NCBI GenBank assembly: GCA_022451925.1
Contig: JAKUNL010000021.1
Span: forward strand, 1 to 45,563
DNA: 45,563 nt
Reading direction: 5' to 3'
From: Dehalococcoidia bacterium
GTDB taxonomy: Bacteria; Chloroflexota; Dehalococcoidia; Lucifugimonadales; UBA3495
The notes beneath the pieces were generated by a model. That model was not told where the DNA came from and did not search any database. It was given only the letters and a program-made list of their open reading frames with translations. A program made the translations under genes and the position numbers. Shown piece by piece: positions 1-8,758 of this stretch (position 1 is the first letter of the stretch; each line of letters starts with the position of its first letter).

Positions 1-70
1 CAGATTCCATACGATACAAATGCCGCCTATAATGGTACCCACACAATCGCATTCGGAGTAACCAATAACT

Positions 71-1339
71 TTGTTTCAAGCGCCCAGAGGAACTGCAGAC
101 CACCTGCCTGAAGAACAAAAATACTGGCGATATATTGAGTCCAAAGCCATGGACGTTGCCAGCCGATTCGGATTTGGCCGGATTGACACCCCCGCCTTCG
201 AAGATTCCAACCTGTTCATCCGTTCTGTTGGCGAAGGTACCGACATAGTTGAAAAAGAGATGTATACCTTTGATGACCGAGGTGGTGACAGCGTCACCCT
301 TCGTCCTGAGGGCACTGCACCGGTGTGCCGGGCATACTTAGAACACGGTATGCACAATCTGCCACAACCAGTGCGGATGTATTATTTCTGTCCGGTTTTC
401 CGTTATGAGCGCCCTCAAGCGGGTAGGTTCCGTCAACACCACCAATTCGGAGTGGAAGTTCTGGGTGACGCAGATCCATCTGTAGACTCAGAGGTCGTAG
501 AATTAGCCTGGGAGCTGGTCACCAACCTGGGCCTGACCGATATCAACCTCTTGGTCAACAGCGTCGGTGATCCACATTGTAGACCAGAGTATGTCGCAAA
601 GCTAAAAGAGTATTACTCCGGCCATCAAGCCATTCTATGCCCCGATTGCAAAGCTCGCCTGGATCGGAACCCCCTGCGCCTGCTGGATTGCAAAGTTGAG
701 GCCTGTCACTCCCTGGGCAACAACGCACCGCAATCCGCCGAACATCTTTGCTATGAGTGCAACGACCACTGGGGCCAGTTTCTACAATACCTTGACATCA
801 TGAAACTGCCCTATCAGATAGACCACCGTCTAGTCAGAGGTTTGGATTACTACACTCGCACGGTGTTTGAAATTCAGCCTGTTGAAGGTGGGGGACAATC
901 AACCATCTGCGGTGGTGGCCGATATGACGGACTGATTACCGAACTTGGTGGTCGGGAGACGTCTGGAATCGGATTTGCTACCGGCCTTGAGCGGTTGATT
1001 CTGAATTTGAAGCGAGCTGAGGTTCCGGTTCCGGATTTACCAGGCCCTCGTTTCCTGGTAGCTAACGTTGGTAAAGATGCTCGTGTCGCCGCTTTGGATC
1101 TAACTGTTCAACTGCGTAATGCCGGAGTTGGGGCTATCCTAAGCAGAGGCACCCGCGGGCTTCGAGGACAAATGCGCCAGGCCAACGCTCTGAACATACC
1201 CTTCACCCTGATTTTAGGCGATGATGAGATCGAGAAAGGTGAAGTTGTAGTCAGAAACATGGAATCGTCCGAACAGGAGACCAAATCTCTCGTTGAATTC
1301 ATAGCTGAAATAAAAAAATCGCAAGGAACCAATCGTTAA
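71..1339 (+). CDS. hisS: Histidine--tRNA ligase
   Basis: 422 aa, TTG start; APRGT N-terminus, KEMYTF, LRPEGTA, FRYERPQAGRFRQHHQ, LVRGLDYYT, GGGRYDGL and GFATGLERL motifs plus C-terminal anticodon-binding domain. Confidence 0.97.
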   Translation: MFQAPRGTADHLPEEQKYWRYIESKAMDVASRFGFGRIDTPAFEDSNLFIRSVGEGTDIVEKEMYTFDDRGGDSVTLRPEGTAPVCRAYLEHGMHNLPQPVRMYYFCPVFRYERPQAGRFRQHHQFGVEVLGDADPSVDSEVVELAWELVTNLGLTDINLLVNSVGDPHCRPEYVAKLKEYYSGHQAILCPDCKARLDRNPLRLLDCKVEACHSLGNNAPQSAEHLCYECNDHWGQFLQYLDIMKLPYQIDHRLVRGLDYYTRTVFEIQPVEGGGQSTICGGGRYDGLITELGGRETSGIGFATGLERLILNLKRAEVPVPDLPGPRFLVANVGKDARVAALDLTVQLRNAGVGAILSRGTRGLRGQMRQANALNIPFTLILGDDEIEKGEVVVRNMESSEQETKSLVEFIAEIKKSQGTNR

Positions 1340-1408
1340 ATATTAATATCTAGATTATCTGGGGCGGGTAACAAGGGCCGATTAGGGGTGGATGTTGGGA
1401 GGTCGTAA

Positions 1409-2167
1409 ATGAAGCAATTAGGCGTAATGATAATCTTTATGCTGCTATTAACACTTGCCTGCGGTGATACAGATACCCCAGAAACTTCGGTACCTTCTTC
1501 ACTTGAGGCAACCGTACAAGCACTGGCATCTAATAACAGATTCACTGCTGCTTCCGAAACAGGACCAGACTTCAATATCGAAGCCACAATCACCTACCGC
1601 GTCCAAGCGACAGTCCAGGCTTTGTTCAACGCTACACCCATACCTTCACCCACCCCTACACAGGATGTTCGCAAGGTCTTATCGACACCGGAACCCACTA
1701 GTTTTACGATCCAGACTGGAGGCAGTTTCAACACAGCCCCCAATTCGCTACCAACGGCGACGACGGTATCCTCTGCAACGGCCGCTCCATTGCCCACCCC
1801 TAGTGCGACGCCACCACCCGGTTGCGTTGGCGCTGAAGACGGAGTGCGGGTATCGGCTTTGATTAACGGGGTCATTGTAGAAACAACGATAATAAAAAAT
1901 GGAAGGTACTCCCTGATGGTGGAACAGAACGACGGGACAGATTTCACTGGCCAGACCATGACTTTTATGGTGGGGGGTACTGAAGCGCACCAATCAATAA
2001 AATGGAACCAAGGCGCTGCCACCGAACTGACTCTCACCGCACCTAATGATGATCTGAGTAAGATCGTCACAGATCACAACCACGGAGCTCGGTTGAAGGG
2101 AGGTATACTCGCCCAACCACTCCCTCCACACGTAGTCCTCGGAGAAGTACTCGTCGGTATCTGTTAA
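1409..2167 (+). CDS. Hypothetical lipoprotein with Thr/Pro-rich linker and C-terminal beta-rich domain
   Basis: GGAGG RBS; MKQ + hydrophobic stretch ending LTLAC (lipobox); ATV repeats and PTPT/PTAT linker; C-terminal globular region. Confidence 0.8.
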   Translation: MKQLGVMIIFMLLLTLACGDTDTPETSVPSSLEATVQALASNNRFTAASETGPDFNIEATITYRVQATVQALFNATPIPSPTPTQDVRKVLSTPEPTSFTIQTGGSFNTAPNSLPTATTVSSATAAPLPTPSATPPPGCVGAEDGVRVSALINGVIVETTIIKNGRYSLMVEQNDGTDFTGQTMTFMVGGTEAHQSIKWNQGAATELTLTAPNDDLSKIVTDHNHGARLKGGILAQPLPPHVVLGEVLVGIC

Positions 2168-2235
2168 AGCGTGAGGTCCAAATTCGCGGATTTCCTCGAG
2201 TGACATTTACTGATTGACCGTCGACGTCAAACCTT

Positions 2236-2249
2236 AGAACATATGTACG
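2236..2249 (+). promoter_or_regulatory. Possible LexA (SOS) box, GAAC-N4-GTAC
   Basis: AGAACATATGTACG is one mismatch from the GAAC-N4-GTTC core used by Firmicutes/Actinobacteria/Chloroflexi LexA; TTGACC at 2214-2219 just upstream. Confidence 0.4.
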
Positions 2250-2342
2250 CAACGCAGGTGTAGTTAGCGAACTAAGCAGGGTCTCGTGGACGTTCGCTCC
2301 CGAAATATATAACCGAAGTTAACCGAGGGAGGGGGTAGCATA

Positions 2343-2540
2343 ATGAAGATCTATTACCGTGGCTATATTATAGAGGAAGAGATTCGCTCGATTAGCTATT
2401 CAGTATACGGTCAACGCCCAGAACGACTAGAGCTTATCGCCAGAAGCACTCCCCGTGAGGCGATGGAATGGATTGACAATGACGTGAACCGGGACACCAT
2501 TCGTGAATCGACCAGGACCATGCAAGCCGCTGCTTTCTAA
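2343..2540 (+). CDS. Small hypothetical protein (65 aa)
   Basis: Purine-rich RBS (GAGGGAGGGGG) upstream of ATG; fills an intergenic gap; YRGYII start resembles small DNA-binding or phage-like proteins, but no family is recognised. Confidence 0.6.
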   Translation: MKIYYRGYIIEEEIRSISYSVYGQRPERLELIARSTPREAMEWIDNDVNRDTIRESTRTMQAAAF

Positions 2541-2645
2541 CATGAAAACGAAGATCACATAGTGCTTCGACAACCAGCCAGCATGCTGCTCTATGCTTTG
2601 GGCGAGGGAATGGGCGTAAGCGGAAGAACCGTAGGGACGTAATTT

Positions 2646-3386
2646 ATGACGGCGAGACCATACGATGGCGGTTCCGATTTTAGCGGATCCATCTCTTTTT
2701 CCAAAGTTATTGAACTCAGCTGGCCGATAAACCCGGGGCTTCCCCGTTGGCCCGGAGATCCAGATGTAGAGTTTGAGACCATTGCAGAAATAGAAAAAAA
2801 TGGCTATTTCCTGCGCCGATTCTCTATGGGAGAACATACCGGAACCCACATGAGCGCCGGATCGAGTTTCAAACCCGACGCTCCTGGGCTCGAGGCTTAC
2901 TCCGCTCAAGACCTAGTCCGACCTGCGATTGTGATCGACATATCAACCCAATCGGCTATCGATCCTGATTACGCTCTCACGATAAATGACATTTTAGACT
3001 GGGAGTCAGACCATGGCCCAGTCCCTATAGGCTGTTTGGTATTACTGCACACTGGTTGGCAGGGCAAGTGGCACAGTCCAGATGATTACTTGGGTGGGAC
3101 CGAATCCGACCATCTTCATTTTCCGGGGTTTGGACTTGACGCCGTCGAAATATTACTAGAAGGTCGGATTATCGCTGGATTGGGGTCAGACACAGCTGGA
3201 GTTGAGCCAGGTCGAGATACCAAGTTTTCCGTCAGCCAATTCGCTTTGGATAATCAGATGATCGTATTGGAAAACTTGACAAACCTGGACCAGCTGCCAC
3301 CCAACGGAGCAATGGTAGTGATTGGTCTGCTACGCCTGGCAGGAGGCAGCGGCTGTCCAGTGTCGGTTACCGCCCTAGTACCCTAG
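2646..3386 (+). CDS. Cyclase / kynurenine formamidase family protein
   Basis: PRWPGDP, EHTGTH, LLHTGW, HFPG, GSDT, ENL and GGSGCPV motifs of the cyclase family. Confidence 0.88.
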   Translation: MTARPYDGGSDFSGSISFSKVIELSWPINPGLPRWPGDPDVEFETIAEIEKNGYFLRRFSMGEHTGTHMSAGSSFKPDAPGLEAYSAQDLVRPAIVIDISTQSAIDPDYALTINDILDWESDHGPVPIGCLVLLHTGWQGKWHSPDDYLGGTESDHLHFPGFGLDAVEILLEGRIIAGLGSDTAGVEPGRDTKFSVSQFALDNQMIVLENLTNLDQLPPNGAMVVIGLLRLAGGSGCPVSVTALVP

Positions 3387-3436
3387 AGCGGAACCGACTA
3401 AGCCCACATTACTATATAAACGTCTTCAGGGAATCG

Positions 3437-3838
3437 TTAAGAGATTACAGCAGCGATGCCAGCCTTGGCACAATCTTCATCCTGCTGGCTGGTGCCGCCA
3501 CCCACTCCTACTGCTCCATCACAACCGCCATTCCGGATGACTGGAGCGGCACCTTGGCTCGGAATACCGTGGCCACCCTCGGCACCAAGGATTCCCTTCA
3601 TAATAGGTGACTCGGCCCGTTCTTGGAGTTCACCGCTTGGACGTCCAAACGCTGTTGAGGCTACCGCCTTCCCTTGTGCCCCGTATGAGCCTCCCCAAAT
3701 GGCACCATCCATACGGTTAAAAGCCAACAATCGTCCGCCGGCATCAACCACTGCCACGTTGATCTTGATGCCAAACTCATTGGCTTTGGCAATAGCGCCT
3801 GCCACCATTTTGTTAGCCTCGTCTAATGTTATAGCCAT
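3437..3838 (-). CDS. GlcG/HbpS family heme-binding protein
   Basis: VAVVDAGG, RMDGA, A-GKA, GAVGVGGG and QDEDCA motifs; GGAGG RBS. Confidence 0.9.
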   Translation of the reverse strand: MAITLDEANKMVAGAIAKANEFGIKINVAVVDAGGRLLAFNRMDGAIWGGSYGAQGKAVASTAFGRPSGELQERAESPIMKGILGAEGGHGIPSQGAAPVIRNGGCDGAVGVGGGTSQQDEDCAKAGIAAVIS

Positions 3839-4023
3839 GATTCCTCCACAAAGTTAGGTATGCTAAAAAGTATGGTCATTCTAGCTTAGTAAGCCAGTCG
3901 CGCCAATGGTTGGTTTACACTGTCCATTCCAGGCACAGTGTTATACTGCTAGTATGTCCTGAAACGGGAACGTTTCACAGTTTACTTACCAGATTGACAC
4001 ACCTCTGGAGATTCCAAACCTAA

Positions 4024-4851
4024 GTGCTGACCAAACGTATAATACCGTGCCTAGATGTGGACGCCGGACGCGTTGTGAAAGGCGTTAGCTTCCTGGAACT
4101 CCGCGACGCCGGTGACCCCGCCGAGCTGGCTGCTTTTTACGACCAACAAGGCGGCGATGAGCTTGTCTTTCTTGATATCACCGCCAGTTCCGACTCCAGA
4201 GATACTATAGTGGACGTGGTTCAAAGGGTATCAGATCAAGTGTTTATCCCACTCACCGTCGGCGGTGGTATCCGATCGGTGGAAGATGTGCGGCGGATGC
4301 TCAAGGCAGGTGCAGACAAGGTTGGCATGAACACCGCAGCCGTTAGTGATCCAAAACTTGTCAAAGACGGCGCCGCAGCCTTCGGGAACCAGTGCATCGT
4401 AGTGGCAATTGACGCAAAAAGGGTAGGGTCTCACCATGTAGGATCGCCCCATACGTCAACTGACCTGGCTTTGGACGAAGGCTCAAAGTGGCAGGTATAC
4501 ACCCGAGGTGGCCGAACTCCCACAGGAATAGACGCAGTGAAATGGGCCACCCGCGCAGTAGAACTGGGAGCCGGCGAGATATTGCTCACAAGTATGGATG
4601 AAGACGGCCAACGAACCGGGTACGACTTAGAATTGACCAGCACCATCTCCGAGACAGTGCCGGTTCCGGTCATCGCCAGCGGTGGCGCTGGCGAACTGGA
4701 TCACCTCTATCAAGCTTTGGACCAAGGAAAAGCAGATGCCGTTCTTGCTGCCAGTATCTTCCATTTCGGCACATTTACCATTACCCAAGCCAAGGACTAC
4801 CTTAAACAAAAGGGAGTCCACGTCCGACCAACATATGTAGCGCCGGAATGA
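4024..4851 (+). CDS. hisF: Imidazole glycerol phosphate synthase cyclase subunit
   Basis: [50 protein letters not shown] and AASIFH motifs. Confidence 0.97.
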   Translation: MLTKRIIPCLDVDAGRVVKGVSFLELRDAGDPAELAAFYDQQGGDELVFLDITASSDSRDTIVDVVQRVSDQVFIPLTVGGGIRSVEDVRRMLKAGADKVGMNTAAVSDPKLVKDGAAAFGNQCIVVAIDAKRVGSHHVGSPHTSTDLALDEGSKWQVYTRGGRTPTGIDAVKWATRAVELGAGEILLTSMDEDGQRTGYDLELTSTISETVPVPVIASGGAGELDHLYQALDQGKADAVLAASIFHFGTFTITQAKDYLKQKGVHVRPTYVAPE

Positions 4852-4917
4852 TTAGCAATCTATGTCAATCATTGACAGCTAATAATCCGAAGCGAGATAA
4901 ATTACAGGTAGCTATAA

Positions 4918-5625
4918 ATGCCGCAAATCACGACCGTAATATTCGATATGTATGGGACATTAGTCCAGAATCCCAACGACACAAATATTCAAATTTTTAG
5001 CAATGTCATCAATCAGCAAGGCCTGAAGACCACAGCCCAAGATTTATGGGACAGCTGGCTCCCCGCTGAGGAAGAGTTTCAGCATAATCGATTAGATCCG
5101 AATACGCCGTTTCAGAGTTATTTCAGTGCCTGGAAGGACGGCTTTGAACGTTCTTTCGCCACTCTTAAACTCAATGGAGACCCACATGCGGCCACCCAAC
5201 AATTCTTCCGTGATATTTCCAGCCGCGACCCTTATCCGGAGACCAATGAAGCCCTGGCAGATATACAAGGGCGTTACACAATGGGCCTTCTATCTAACGC
5301 CGATGACGGTTTTTTACTCCCGAATCTGGAGTTGTTGGAGGTGGGTTTTGACGTAGTCCTTACTTCTGAGCAAGCACAAATTTACAAGCCTCGCCCTGAA
5401 TTGTTCCATATGATACTAGACCAATTAGGTGTGTTTCCCGGCGAAACCGTTTACGTGGGCGACAGACAATTGGAGGACGTCCAAGGTCCGCTGGACGCCG
5501 GAATGCATCCGGTTTGGATCAACCGTGACAAACGATTAGTAGACTCAAGTTTACCAATGCCTCCCCACCAAATATCCAGTCTTTCCCAATTGCCCGGTCT
5601 GCTGCACAACGGACTTCCGATCTAA
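4918..5625 (+). CDS. HAD-superfamily hydrolase (haloacid dehalogenase type II-like)
   Basis: FDMYGTL motif I, LSN motif II, YKP motif III, VGD...D motif IV. Confidence 0.88.
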   Translation: MPQITTVIFDMYGTLVQNPNDTNIQIFSNVINQQGLKTTAQDLWDSWLPAEEEFQHNRLDPNTPFQSYFSAWKDGFERSFATLKLNGDPHAATQQFFRDISSRDPYPETNEALADIQGRYTMGLLSNADDGFLLPNLELLEVGFDVVLTSEQAQIYKPRPELFHMILDQLGVFPGETVYVGDRQLEDVQGPLDAGMHPVWINRDKRLVDSSLPMPPHQISSLSQLPGLLHNGLPI

Positions 5626-5670
5626 CCTGGATGTACAAACCACTCATTTAAATATTATTGAAGAACGATA

Positions 5671-6297
5671 ATGAACATTAAGCTAAACGAACAGGGTCTA
5701 TTACCCGCCATTGCTCAGGACGCCAACACCGGCCAAGTGCTGATGATGGGCTATATGAACCCTGGCTCCCTGAAACGTACCATAGAAGGTATCCAAGTCT
5801 GGTTCTACAGCCGCAGCAGAGAAGACCTGTGGCACAAAGGTGAAATGTCCGGCAATTACCTTAACCTCAAAGAGGCCTGGCTGGATTGCGATGCCGACAC
5901 CATTCTGTTGAAGGTCGACCCAGATGGCCCGGCCTGCCACACCGGCGATGTTTCCTGCTTTACCAACAAACTGGAAGTAGTCCCCGAAGAAGAAGAATAC
6001 GAGAAGACGGAAACAGGGCCAAGCGTTCTAGGTGAGCTGTTCGCGCTGATTAAAGACCGGCAAGAGGAGATGCCTGAAGGTAGTTACACTACTTCTCTCT
6101 TCAGTGACGGTGTCCCCAGAATTGCCCAAAAAGTGGTCGAAGAAGCCGGTGAAACAGGCATTGCCGCTGCTATCAACGACACTGAAAATCTCCCTGGTGA
6201 AATAGCTGACATGCTGTACCACACCCTAGTCCTCCTAGCCGCTAGCGGAGTCCAACTCGAAGAGGTCTACGAGAAGCTGCGAGAACGACGGAAGTAG
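5671..6297 (+). CDS. hisIE: Bifunctional phosphoribosyl-AMP cyclohydrolase / phosphoribosyl-ATP pyrophosphatase
   Basis: YSRSR, WHKGE, DCDAD, ACHTG-SCF (HisI); SYT, KVVEEAGE, EIADMLYH (HisE). Confidence 0.96.
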   Translation: MNIKLNEQGLLPAIAQDANTGQVLMMGYMNPGSLKRTIEGIQVWFYSRSREDLWHKGEMSGNYLNLKEAWLDCDADTILLKVDPDGPACHTGDVSCFTNKLEVVPEEEEYEKTETGPSVLGELFALIKDRQEEMPEGSYTTSLFSDGVPRIAQKVVEEAGETGIAAAINDTENLPGEIADMLYHTLVLLAASGVQLEEVYEKLRERRK

Positions 6298-6302
6298 TTG
6301 AG

Positions 6303-6989
6303 CTAGAACCCAGTAAGCAGTCGATCCCCTGAGTTGAATATCTGCCAATCGGAACCCTGGTAAACAGTGACCCGCCCGGAACCGATGACCCGCCAATTAT
6401 CTGGTGTGCCCAGGACACACGTGCGAGCATCAATTCCTAGAAAAGTCAGTCCCGTAGGTGCCGATCGTTGCAATTCCTGAGAAATTTCCGCTTGGTCGCG
6501 CTTTTCGTGGTGAGGTAGTACTGCGACGTCGGCAACCACTCCCAATGCCTCCACCCATTCACTTGCCCCGGGGCGGCGCATCATAGAGCCCATGGCCATG
6601 GCACCGGCGCTGGAACCAGCCAACACACCACCGGAATCCAAAATCTCCATCAGTGCCGAGAAAAACGCAGAACCTATTACAGTCTCTAACAAGTGCTCAG
6701 GGCTCCCACCAGTGAAGTAGACGACATCCGCCAGCGTGGCTGAAGCGAAGAACAATGGATCCTGAGCTTGACTCCTTTCCAACAGCATCAACTGTTCTGA
6801 TGAACCTCCCAGCGCTTCAAAGTGAGTTGTACCGTCATTGGCGGCCTTAGCAGGCCCAGTGACAGCAGCAGTCGGAACAACTACTATCTTGGCTGGGTCT
6901 TGACCAGATACCCGCATGATCTCTCGGTCCATATCTTCGCATCCGAGCCTGAATTCATCGCCACCAACCAAGGCTATTTGTCCGGGCAT
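6303..6989 (-). CDS. Peptidase S51 / cyanophycinase-like glutamine amidotransferase-fold protein
   Basis: LVGG start, VPTA, YFTGGS, GSSAGAM nucleophile elbow, LPH and GID motifs. Confidence 0.85.
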   Translation of the reverse strand: MPGQIALVGGDEFRLGCEDMDREIMRVSGQDPAKIVVVPTAAVTGPAKAANDGTTHFEALGGSSEQLMLLERSQAQDPLFFASATLADVVYFTGGSPEHLLETVIGSAFFSALMEILDSGGVLAGSSAGAMAMGSMMRRPGASEWVEALGVVADVAVLPHHEKRDQAEISQELQRSAPTGLTFLGIDARTCVLGTPDNWRVIGSGRVTVYQGSDWQIFNSGDRLLTGF

Positions 6990-7038
6990 ACCCCCCCCAA
7001 TCTAATCAATGACTAGTACCTCTGTCATATAACCTGAC

Positions 7039-8439
7039 CTAAACCAGTTGCTCCACAAATATTGCTGCCAAACCAAGGAACAAAACGAAACCAATAACAT
7101 CAGTGAATGTTGTTACAAACACCGCCGATGATACTGCCGGGTCCATCCGAAGTTTCCGGAGTAGCAGCGGCACACCAGCACCGAACATTCCTGCCACCAG
7201 CATGTTTCCAAACATGGCCAACCCAAGTACCAGACCCAGAGTGACATTTCCTTTCCAAAGGTAGGCCGCGAGCCCAACCACAGCCCCAAGAGCTACTCCA
7301 TGTATCAATCCCAAAGACAACTCCCGGGCCAATAACCGTAACCCTAGTCTCCGTGGCACTTCACCGAGTGCCATACTGCGAACGACTAACGTCACGGTCT
7401 GGGTGCCACCGATGCCACCTTGGCTGGCCACAACCGGCAGGAATACTGCCAATGCCACTACACGGGTGATAGTGGTCTCAAAAAGGCTTACCGTGGCTGC
7501 GGCCAAAAACGCTGTTGCTAAATTAATGTACAGCCAGGGAAGCCGTCTACGAAGAGAGTTTGTAAGAGGTCCAGCGATCCGCTCGCCGCCAACACTGGCA
7601 ATCCGGAACATATCCTCAGTAGCTTCTTCAACAACTACGTCCACCAGGTCATCATCAAGAATCACCCCAGTGAATCTGCCGTCTTTGTCGAGCACAGGCA
7701 ATAGATCCAAATTATACCGTCGCATAACCCTAGCACATTCCTCTTGATCGGTATCAGAATTCACAGAATGTACTTCTCGATCCGTTATGTCACTAACCAA
7801 GGTGTTGGGTCGGGCCAGCGCTAGTCTTGTAATGCTTAACGACCCCACCAGACGCCGGTCACTATCAACCACTAATACTGAGTTTATGTGTTCTGCGTCT
7901 TCCTCGAACACCCGTAGTTGGTCTAGAGCATTGGGTGTTGTTGTTGTTTCGTTTACCACCGGGTAACCCAGGGACATCAAACCGCCTGCGGTGTCATCCT
8001 TATACTGTAGTAGTTCTGACACCTCCGCCGGATCAGACATGGCGTCCAAAATCTCAAACTGCTTCTCTATAGGGATATGCCGCAGCAAATCTACAGCCAC
8101 GTCAGGCCCGGTTAAATCAAGAACCAGTGCGAGATCGGCGGGTTCTCGGTCACCAATCATGTAAGCCGATTCCTCTGGCTCCAAGTACTCAAGAATCTCA
8201 GCAACTACCCCGGCGTCTAATTCTTCCAACAACGACCGACTCAACGCACTGGGTAAGCCGTCGAGGACTTCGCCTTGGTCCACAGGATGAAGTGCATCAA
8301 AAATTTCGAAAGCTTTCGGAAGATCACCAAATTCCAGGAGACTCGCAAGTTCTTTTACCCGATCCTGAATCATATCTTCAGGCGGCCGGAGCTGGTCTTC
8401 GAAAAGGAGTTCTGGTGATGTTCTTTGACGTTGTTCCAT
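7039..8439 (-). CDS. mgtE: Magnesium transporter MgtE
   Basis: Acidic N-domain, TAGGLM CBS pair, DQEE, RLPWL and DPA...TTFTD transmembrane motifs. ORF is open to 8673, but start placed at MEQRQ (8439); start uncertain. Confidence 0.93.
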   Translation of the reverse strand: MEQRQRTSPELLFEDQLRPPEDMIQDRVKELASLLEFGDLPKAFEIFDALHPVDQGEVLDGLPSALSRSLLEELDAGVVAEILEYLEPEESAYMIGDREPADLALVLDLTGPDVAVDLLRHIPIEKQFEILDAMSDPAEVSELLQYKDDTAGGLMSLGYPVVNETTTTPNALDQLRVFEEDAEHINSVLVVDSDRRLVGSLSITRLALARPNTLVSDITDREVHSVNSDTDQEECARVMRRYNLDLLPVLDKDGRFTGVILDDDLVDVVVEEATEDMFRIASVGGERIAGPLTNSLRRRLPWLYINLATAFLAAATVSLFETTITRVVALAVFLPVVASQGGIGGTQTVTLVVRSMALGEVPRRLGLRLLARELSLGLIHGVALGAVVGLAAYLWKGNVTLGLVLGLAMFGNMLVAGMFGAGVPLLLRKLRMDPAVSSAVFVTTFTDVIGFVLFLGLAAIFVEQLV

Positions 8440-8758
8440 CCAAAAATCGATCCGGTTATTCCAATCTTTCCAGGCATTGCCCACGAGCGAAAAGCCACAC
8501 TCCAATAATTGTAACAGTCGATCGCTCCTCAAGGTATGAGCTCCAATTACATATACTAGAACGTTATCTCGCACCTCCAAAACCTGTAATTCAATCTTGG
8601 AATTAAACCGTAACCTCGGGTCTAGTCCGTGCCTGGAACGACTACGCATTGTGTTAAGATAAACAGACGCCACCTAGTATCAACGTTTATCAAAAGGCCT
8701 CGTATCGCTTTTTGAAAATAGGTGGATCAATCGGTAAAAATCCGGGGGATTTTCGGCG

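Noticed and set aside
8440-8758. Possible M-box riboswitch or long N-terminal extension upstream of mgtE
   Set aside because: No M-box motifs recognised; the extra 78 codons do not resemble MgtE and overlap the divergent promoter region.
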